Part shown: positions 28,556 to 34,313 of the stretch, piece after piece | Numbering within the stretch: the stretch's first letter is position 1 | Layout: each line of letters starts with the position of its first letter | From: an uncultured Candidatus Saccharibacteria bacterium | GTDB lineage: Bacteria > Patescibacteriota > Minisyncoccia > Phycocordibacterales > GWA1-40-21 | Direction of reading: 5' to 3' | DNA: 34,313 nucleotides | Assembly: GCA_964587695.1 (NCBI GenBank) | Contig: CAZPLP010000002.1 | Coordinates: forward strand, 1-34,313 | Position numbers and translations under genes: made by a program | Notes under the pieces: model-generated | The model's database searches: none | Seen by the model: only the letters and a program-made list of their open reading frames with translations | Told to the model about the DNA's origin: nothing

Positions 28556-29557
28556 TTACTCATCAATATCTTCTGAATCTCCAACTTGTGGTTTGCAATC
28601 ATTTTTAACAATATAATCTATCATATCCGCAGCACCATCTCCGGCTAAAATATTTTCTATATTGTACCAGGAGTGTTTTACTCTGTGATCTGTTATTCTA
28701 TCTTGTAAAATATTATATGTTCTAATTTTCTCAGATCTATCTGCCGTTCCTATTTGATCTTTTCTTTCTCCAGCAAATTTTTTGGATTCTTCCTCTTCTT
28801 TTTTCGCTTCAAGTTTTGCAATCAAAATGGACATTGCTTTTTCCTTATTTTTTGCCTGGCTCCTTTCGGCGGTTGAACGAACATCAATGTTTGTTGGAAG
28901 GTGAACTATTCTCACGGCAGTCTCAACTTTATTTACATTTTGTCCCCCTGCTCCTCCAGAACGTGAAGTTTCAATAAGTAAATCTGTAGGTTTAATTTCT
29001 ATTTTCGTCTTCTTTCTTATTGGTAAAATAGCTACCGATGCTGTAGAAGTATGAACTCTTCCTGATTTTTCTGTCTCAGGAACTCTCTGAACTCTATGAA
29101 CGCCAGTTTCAAATCGCAATTCCTTATAAACATCCTTTCCTCTAATCTCAATAGATACTTCCTTATAACCACCGAGAGAAGTTGTCGCTTCATTTATAAA
29201 AGAGAACTGCCATCCTTTAAGTTCAGAAAATCTTTTATACATTTTTGTTAAATCCTCGGCAAAAATAGCTGCCTCCTGGCCACCAACTCCGGCGCGTATT
29301 TCCATAACAACTTCATTTGGATATTTATCTTCCGCTTCTTCTACCGCTGTTATATCTTTCATTTGATTTAAAAGTGTTTCTTTTTGAGATTCAATGCTTT
29401 TTATTTCTTCGAGAGCTAGAGAAAACATCGCTGGATCTTTTTCAGCCATTTTTTTAATTGATTCTTCTTCATTTTCCAAACGAAGATACTCATCGGCTAG
29501 AAAAGTCGTTTTTTTATTTTTTCTAAATTCTTCTATAAGTTCTTGATCTGTGTTCAT
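28556..29557 (-). CDS. prfA: Peptide chain release factor 1
   Basis: GGQ motif (SGGAGGQNVNKVETAVR) and an RF1-type PxT tripeptide context (QRVPETEKSGRVHTS). Confidence 0.9.
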   Translation of the reverse strand: MNTDQELIEEFRKNKKTTFLADEYLRLENEEESIKKMAEKDPAMFSLALEEIKSIESQKETLLNQMKDITAVEEAEDKYPNEVVMEIRAGVGGQEAAIFAEDLTKMYKRFSELKGWQFSFINEATTSLGGYKEVSIEIRGKDVYKELRFETGVHRVQRVPETEKSGRVHTSTASVAILPIRKKTKIEIKPTDLLIETSRSGGAGGQNVNKVETAVRIVHLPTNIDVRSTAERSQAKNKEKAMSILIAKLEAKKEEEESKKFAGERKDQIGTADRSEKIRTYNILQDRITDHRVKHSWYNIENILAGDGAADMIDYIVKNDCKPQVGDSEDIDE

Positions 29558-29626
29558 AATATGTTCAATTTTTAAATATAAGACAAAAGACGCACTTTAT
29601 AAAAGCGCGACTTTTAGCAAAAATTG

Positions 29627-29848
29627 TTATTTAGATTTCTTAGTAGAAGCCTTTGTTGCTCTTGCTTTAAACTTCTCTACTCTTCCAGCTGTATCAAGAA
29701 CCTTTTCATTTCCAGTGTAGAATGGATGGCAGTTTGCACATATTTCTATATTAATAGTTTCTTTTGTTGAACCAAAATCATAAGTAGCCCCACATACACA
29801 TGTGGTCTTTGCTTTATCAAAATATTTTGGGTGTATATCCTTTTTCAT
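29627..29848 (-). CDS. rpmE: 50S ribosomal protein L31
   Basis: MKKDIHPKY ... CVC ... [10 protein letters not shown]. Confidence 0.9.
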   Translation of the reverse strand: MKKDIHPKYFDKAKTTCVCGATYDFGSTKETINIEICANCHPFYTGNEKVLDTAGRVEKFKARATKASTKKSK

Positions 29849-29905
29849 AGTTTGTCATATTATCAGATTTATCATAAAATGCAAGGTAAATTTAACCTAT
29901 ATTTT

Positions 29906-31297
29906 TTACAAACTCAAAGTTGCTATATCTTTTTCAAACTGTAAAGCTCTTTTTAATACAGATGATCCATAACCATAATACATAGAATTTGTAAGTTTAC
30001 TTCCACTCAAACTTAATCCTCCATAATATTTTGAAGCTGAACAAGACCAAATATCATTTTTCTTTGTAAAAGCTGTTTTACATCTTGTTTGATTATCTTT
30101 AAGTAATACTGCAGATGCAGTAAAAGAGTCCAAATTATTAAATGGTGAAGGATAAAATACTCCAATAATACTTGAGACTCTTTTCGCTATCCCGTCCCAG
30201 GTAAGCGGCATAAACTGAGCTGGTCCAATAGCACCACCGTGACCACCATCACTACAAATAGCACATGAAACTGGTGATGTATTAGGATTTAAGCCAAGAT
30301 TGCTCATTATAGATAAATAATACGGTTTTTGTGTCTCGGACATTATTGTCTCACCTCTAACACAATAATTAGTTGATACTAAAATAACTTGATTGTATGT
30401 GCACTTACCTATATTTTTACCAATCGTATTATCAACGGCAGATTCTTGAAAAAGAACAGCGAGGACTAGCGCAGAACTAATACCAACTGTACTTTCATAA
30501 GGTTGTATTAATTTTAATGCATCACCAAAAGATATTTCTATACCACCAGCTGTTCTATAAAGTTTATTTCTAATCTGTGTTTGTAATTTAATTTTATCTG
30601 CAATGGCTTTTTGGTATAAAGCTTCTTGCCCTTTTGAAATTGTGAGAACATCTTGTTTTTCTTTCTTCAAATTTTCGGCTTGTGCTTTTGCCTTTTCTTG
30701 TTCAAATTTCAATTTTTCTTGAGCGGTTTGTTGATCTTGCAAAGCTTTCTTTTCTTTTTCGGAAGTTTGTTTTACACCCATGAGTTCATCTGTTAATTGT
30801 TTTAGTTTTACGTTAATAGATGCATAATTATCTGTATCAATAAAAAAGTTTGATAAATTTTCGCTAGATAACAGGACTTCAACAATTGAATTATCTTCTA
30901 TGGCGAATGTATCTCTTAACATTTTGCTAATAGATTTTTTTATATCATCCATTCTATTTGAAAGTTGCCCAATATACTGAGTTTTTACTACAACGCTATC
31001 ACCAAGTTGTTTAATTTTTACAGTCTTTGCTTTTATATCAAGCAGTGTCTTATTAATATTTGCGGTTAAATCAGCTATACCAGTCTTAAGTGTGGCTGAT
31101 TGTTTTTGAGTATTTACCAGGCTTACATTTAATGCTGCTTTATCTTTTTCACACTGATCATTTATTGCTTGTAATTCTTGGTCACTTTTATTATCCAAAT
31201 TTGAATCATCACAAGTAACAGCCTCTGCAAATACAGGGGATATAAAAAATAGTATAAACAAGAACAATAAAAATATATTTCTAATCTTTAAAAGCAC
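29906..31297 (-). CDS. Secreted coiled-coil protein with a C-terminal lytic transglycosylase (SLT)-like domain; GTG start
   Basis: Signal peptide (IFLLFLFILFFISPVFA), a long Q/K/E-rich coiled coil, then LFQESAVD (candidate catalytic Glu) and GPAQFMPLTW. Confidence 0.6.
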   Translation of the reverse strand: MLLKIRNIFLLFLFILFFISPVFAEAVTCDDSNLDNKSDQELQAINDQCEKDKAALNVSLVNTQKQSATLKTGIADLTANINKTLLDIKAKTVKIKQLGDSVVVKTQYIGQLSNRMDDIKKSISKMLRDTFAIEDNSIVEVLLSSENLSNFFIDTDNYASINVKLKQLTDELMGVKQTSEKEKKALQDQQTAQEKLKFEQEKAKAQAENLKKEKQDVLTISKGQEALYQKAIADKIKLQTQIRNKLYRTAGGIEISFGDALKLIQPYESTVGISSALVLAVLFQESAVDNTIGKNIGKCTYNQVILVSTNYCVRGETIMSETQKPYYLSIMSNLGLNPNTSPVSCAICSDGGHGGAIGPAQFMPLTWDGIAKRVSSIIGVFYPSPFNNLDSFTASAVLLKDNQTRCKTAFTKKNDIWSCSASKYYGGLSLSGSKLTNSMYYGYGSSVLKRALQFEKDIATLSL

Positions 31298-31342
31298 TCA
31301 TATATTTTACTATATTTACTATATAAAATATAGATGCAAAAA

Positions 31343-31373
31343 TAAAAGGACGGCCGCTTTGCGGCCGTCCTTT
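31343..31373. terminator. Hairpin terminator downstream of L25
   Basis: aaaaggacggccgc-ttt-gcggccgtcctttt. Confidence 0.7.
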
Positions 31374-31384
31374 TATTTATATTT

Positions 31385-32059
31385 TTATTTTTTCTCTTCT
31401 TTTTTTGGTATTGCTTCTACTGCTTCTGTTGCCTCTTCACCTTCTTTAGCTTCCTTACCTTTCTTTGCTACTTCGATTGTTGAAAGATCTACTGGAGCTA
31501 CTTCAACAACTTCTTCTTTAGGTTCATAAACTGAAGCTACAACATCTTCTGGTTTTACTTTCAAAATTACTCCTTCTGGAAGTTTTATATCTGCGGCTGT
31601 GATTGTGCTATCAAATGTTGCCAATGTTGAAATATCAACTTCAAGTTTATGTGGAAGATCTTTTGGAAGAGCTTCTATTTCAACTTCATGCATAACTTTA
31701 ACCAAGATACCTCCAAGGTCTTTAACAGCTGGGGCAACTCCAATAAATTCTAAAGGAATTTTAATTTCAAGTTTTTTACCTTTTTCAATAGCATAAAAAT
31801 CGGCATGTCTTGGTTTATCAGTAACTGGGTCAAGATCAACGTCGTGAATCAAAACATCAACGTCAATATCATTACCTTCTAGATGTAATATTGTAGATTC
31901 TCCTGCTTGTTTAAGTGTTTTTTCAAAGATTGCATAGGAAAGTTGTATAGGAGTTGAAGCCTCTTTTTTCCCATAAAAAACAGCTGGCATCTTTCCTGCC
32001 TTTCGAATTTCTCCAAGACTTTCATTCATATCTCTCTTTTCAACTTTTAATGTAATCAT
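31385..32059 (-). CDS. rplY: 50S ribosomal protein L25 / Ctc form with a charged C-terminal tail
   Basis: L25/Ctc N-terminal and beta-barrel regions (RKAGKMPAVFYG..., DPVTDKPRHADF), then an E/K-rich tail. Confidence 0.8.
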   Translation of the reverse strand: MITLKVEKRDMNESLGEIRKAGKMPAVFYGKKEASTPIQLSYAIFEKTLKQAGESTILHLEGNDIDVDVLIHDVDLDPVTDKPRHADFYAIEKGKKLEIKIPLEFIGVAPAVKDLGGILVKVMHEVEIEALPKDLPHKLEVDISTLATFDSTITAADIKLPEGVILKVKPEDVVASVYEPKEEVVEVAPVDLSTIEVAKKGKEAKEGEEATEAVEAIPKKEEKK

Positions 32060-32131
32060 AGTTCAAATATTATACATAAAATAATCATATTAGCAAGATA
32101 GCTTTCTGTTGATTTTTAAAAACTATATCAA

Positions 32132-33001
32132 CTAATTTATGAAATTAAATATTTTTAATTTTTCTTCTACAACCTTTTCTACAGCTAAAATAGTTTCATC
32201 CATATATTTATATGGAGCCACGTCATTTGGTTTAGAAGCCATTTCAGCCTCTAGCGCTTTTCGGTAAGCAACTCTAATTTCTGTATTTACATGAACAACC
32301 AACATTCCATTTTTTATTGCTGATTGAATATCTTCTTTTGAATTTCCAGAAGCACCATGAAGAACCATAGGAATATTTATAGCTTTTTGTATTTCACCTA
32401 CTCTTTTAATATTTAAAGCTGGATCAATTCCACCTTTTAACATTCCATGAATATTTCCAACTGCTGGAGCAATCATGTCTATTCCGGTATCTGCAATAAA
32501 TTTTGCAGCGTCTTCTGGTTTTGTTAAAAACTCTTCAGTAATTTTTACTCCTTCTGGAAGTTTATCCAATACTTTTGAAGAGACTCCGATAAATCCGAGC
32601 TCAGCTTCGACAATAATCTCTGGATTAACACTTCGGGCATAATCTACACATTGTTTTGTTATTTTTATATTTTCCTCTTCTGACATTCCGGTTCCATCAA
32701 ATATAACGGCATCATAGCCCGCATCGATACATTCTTTTACTCCTTCAAATGAATATGTGTGATCCGCATTGAGAAAAATCGGGTAGTCGTATTCATCTCT
32801 TAAACTTTTTACTAAAGCGACAGCTTGTTTTGTACCAATAAACTTTCTTTCTCCATCAGCTGTTCCTATTATCACCGGCAAATCAAATTTTTTTGCTGCA
32901 TTAAAAATTCCTCTCAAAATTTCTAAATTCGAAATATTAAAATGACCAATCGCAATTCCCTTTTCTTCTGCTTCTTTTATATATTGTCTAAGTTTTTTCA
33001 T
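32132..33001 (-). CDS. fba: Class II fructose-bisphosphate aldolase
   Basis: IAIGHFN, LNADHT, LHGASG and typical length (289 aa). Confidence 0.85.
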   Translation of the reverse strand: MKKLRQYIKEAEEKGIAIGHFNISNLEILRGIFNAAKKFDLPVIIGTADGERKFIGTKQAVALVKSLRDEYDYPIFLNADHTYSFEGVKECIDAGYDAVIFDGTGMSEEENIKITKQCVDYARSVNPEIIVEAELGFIGVSSKVLDKLPEGVKITEEFLTKPEDAAKFIADTGIDMIAPAVGNIHGMLKGGIDPALNIKRVGEIQKAINIPMVLHGASGNSKEDIQSAIKNGMLVVHVNTEIRVAYRKALEAEMASKPNDVAPYKYMDETILAVEKVVEEKLKIFNFIN

Positions 33002-33076
33002 CCCAGTTGTAAAATTTTTAAGCCTATTAATATTTATCTCTATTATTGTACTATAATTTTAAATTATTATGTAGTT

Positions 33077-33115
33077 AATTTATTCCATTTGTCCGTAATT
33101 TACAACGGGACAAGT
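33077..33115 (-). promoter_or_regulatory. Candidate fba promoter with the same 17-nt box as rpsB
   Basis: The minus strand reads acttgtcccgTTGTAAa, a 17-nt spacer, then TAAATT. Confidence 0.35.
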
Positions 33116-33119
33116 ATTT

Positions 33120-33842
33120 TTATATTTCTGACATTTCCTGCCAAGCTTCTTTTATATTTTCGCTTTCATAAATTGCTGAACCAGAAATAAGTTTGTTGGC
33201 TCCAGCTTTCACTAAATCTTTATAATTTTCAAAACTAACGCCACCATCTACACTTATCGTAATATTCGGATATTTATTTCTTAAATCAGAAATTTTTTCA
33301 TACACTCTATCATCAAATTCTTGTCCTTGAAATCCAATCTTATCAATCCCCATAAACTGAATAAAATCCACAGGTATTTGCCCTTCGGGATTTGCTTGTA
33401 AAAAAACATCTAACTCTTCATTCGGTGTACTTATATTTATTGCGATCCCTATCTCAATAGAAGCAATGGAATCACCGGCGTATCCATAAGTTTTTCTCAA
33501 ATCTTTTACCAATTCTAGAATTTTTGGTGATGATTCTATATGTAAAACAAGAGCTTTTGCTCCGGCTTTTATCCATTTATCAGCAACCTCCTCTGGATTT
33601 TTTACCATCATATCGGCTTCAAAATCCATATTATTCCAAAACGGGAAACCTTCATCTTCCTGTGTTGTTATTTTTTCAAAATTATTTTCGTTATCTCCGA
33701 CATAAGGCCAACTTTTTGAAGGGACAAATCTTCCATCACAAATATCAATTTGTACAAGTTTAACAATGCCTTTTACAACAGACATTTTGAAAGAAAGATC
33801 TTCATAGGATTCTGGAATTATTGCTGGTAATACTTCAGTCAT
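33120..33842 (-). CDS. rpe: Ribulose-phosphate 3-epimerase-like TIM-barrel protein (divergent)
   Basis: QIDICDGRFVPS (compare H.DvMDGhFVPN), LHIES, FMGI...GFQGQEF, SVDGGV and ISGSAIY, in the expected order. Confidence 0.65.
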   Translation of the reverse strand: MTEVLPAIIPESYEDLSFKMSVVKGIVKLVQIDICDGRFVPSKSWPYVGDNENNFEKITTQEDEGFPFWNNMDFEADMMVKNPEEVADKWIKAGAKALVLHIESSPKILELVKDLRKTYGYAGDSIASIEIGIAINISTPNEELDVFLQANPEGQIPVDFIQFMGIDKIGFQGQEFDDRVYEKISDLRNKYPNITISVDGGVSFENYKDLVKAGANKLISGSAIYESENIKEAWQEMSEI

Positions 33843-33878
33843 ATAAACATTATATCAGATTTTAAATATATTTTTTAT

Positions 33879-33964
33879 GGAATGCGCGAAGTGAGTGAGG
33901 CTTGTGACCAAAATGTACGTTTAGTACATTGCGGGAACAAACGTAGCTCGCGACAAAGCAGTCC
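33879..33964. repeat. Imperfect palindromic element (type B-like) between rpiB and rpe
   Basis: Central perfect hairpin aatgtac-gttta-gtacatt (33912..33930). The partially complementary flanks contain cgcga/tcgcg, and the right arm cgtagctcgcgacaaagca resembles 13024..13040. Confidence 0.4.
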
Positions 33965-33971
33965 GAAAAAA

Positions 33972-34313
33972 TTACTTAAAATCAAAATTATTTTTAACTT
34001 CACGGGAAACTCTTTCAATCTTTTTAATTCTTCTTTTATGTCTTTCTTTGTTTGAAAAATTCGTTGTTAGCCATTCTTCAATAGCAGCTTCTGCTTGTTT
34101 TGTTTTCAAAAATCGAGCTCCTAAAGAAAGGATATTGGAATCATTATGTTCCCTTCCTAATATAATAATATCATTCTTTGAAAAAAGGTTTGGATTGCCA
34201 TAAAAAACCATTGCGCGAACATTCGGATACCTATTTGCAACCATCGCTTCACCTTGTCCAGAGCCGCCCAAAATAATCCCAATATTTTTTTCTGGATTTA
34301 AGGCTACAGCTTT
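33972..34313 (-). CDS. rpiB: Ribose-5-phosphate isomerase B, C-terminal part; the gene runs off the right edge
   Basis: The frame is open to the window end and reads ...ILGGSGQGEAMVANRYPNVRAMV..., an RpiB/LacAB pattern (compare CGTGIGMSIAANKVPGIRA). Confidence 0.75.
   Translation of the reverse strand, partial: KAVALNPEKNIGIILGGSGQGEAMVANRYPNVRAMVFYGNPNLFSKNDIIILGREHNDSNILSLGARFLKTKQAEAAIEEWLTTNFSNKERHKRRIKKIERVSREVKNNFDFK

Noticed and set aside
28423-28611. ORF 28423..28611 (62 aa) between prfA and rpsB.
   Set aside because: It overlaps the prfA 3' end out of frame and covers the rpsB promoter/leader region. It has no recognisable features.
1-34313. CRISPR arrays, rRNA genes, transposases or IS elements.
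   Set aside because: I scanned the intergenic regions and found no regularly spaced direct repeats, no rRNA-like conserved blocks and no transposase-like ORF. Only one tRNA gene was found.

Overview
This is an AT-rich (about 30-35% GC by eye), gene-dense bacterial chromosome segment, transcribed mostly from the minus strand. Most genes are core: smc, rnc, a nusB-Nudix fusion, rpmF, rnhB, dnaE, thrS, gyrB, pheS/pheT, tsf, rpsB, prfA, rpmE and L25/Ctc. There is also a fba/rpe/rpiB sugar-phosphate cluster and one tRNA-Thr(UGU). A small envelope set is present: a sortase flanked by two surface proteins, a PEGA protein, a processive GT2 and an SLT-like lytic enzyme. Domain fusions, shortened aaRSs, lysine-rich ribosomal protein tails and the near absence of Shine-Dalgarno sequences suggest a reduced-genome lineage such as Patescibacteria/CPR; this is inference only. 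The one clearly accessory block lies at about 8.4-12.7 kb, between dnaE and thrS. It is a complete diversity-generating retroelement (DGR) with a reverse transcriptase, an Avd-like protein, a 137-nt template repeat and a matching variable repeat at the 3' end of a 646-aa target gene. Of the 18 TR/VR differences, 17 fall on template adenines. The cassette is atypical in four ways: avd is inverted and frame-interrupted by a C10 homopolymer; a MazF/PemK-like toxin gene sits directly behind the RT; the target protein has no signal peptide; and a hairpin plus U-run follows the TR antisense to the avd 3' end. Other items worth a second look are: an in-frame TAG splitting dnaE; a very compact Thr T-box upstream of thrS whose UGGA bulge and ACA specifier match the tRNA-Thr in this window; two copies of a ~120-bp palindromic element fused to the ATG of smc and of the GT2 gene, with a related leader architecture upstream of rpsB and fba; an NlpC/P60 domain inserted in PheT; and a sortase substrate with an internal VPYTG signal. 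All calls come from reading the sequence and ORF track by hand. No database search was run.
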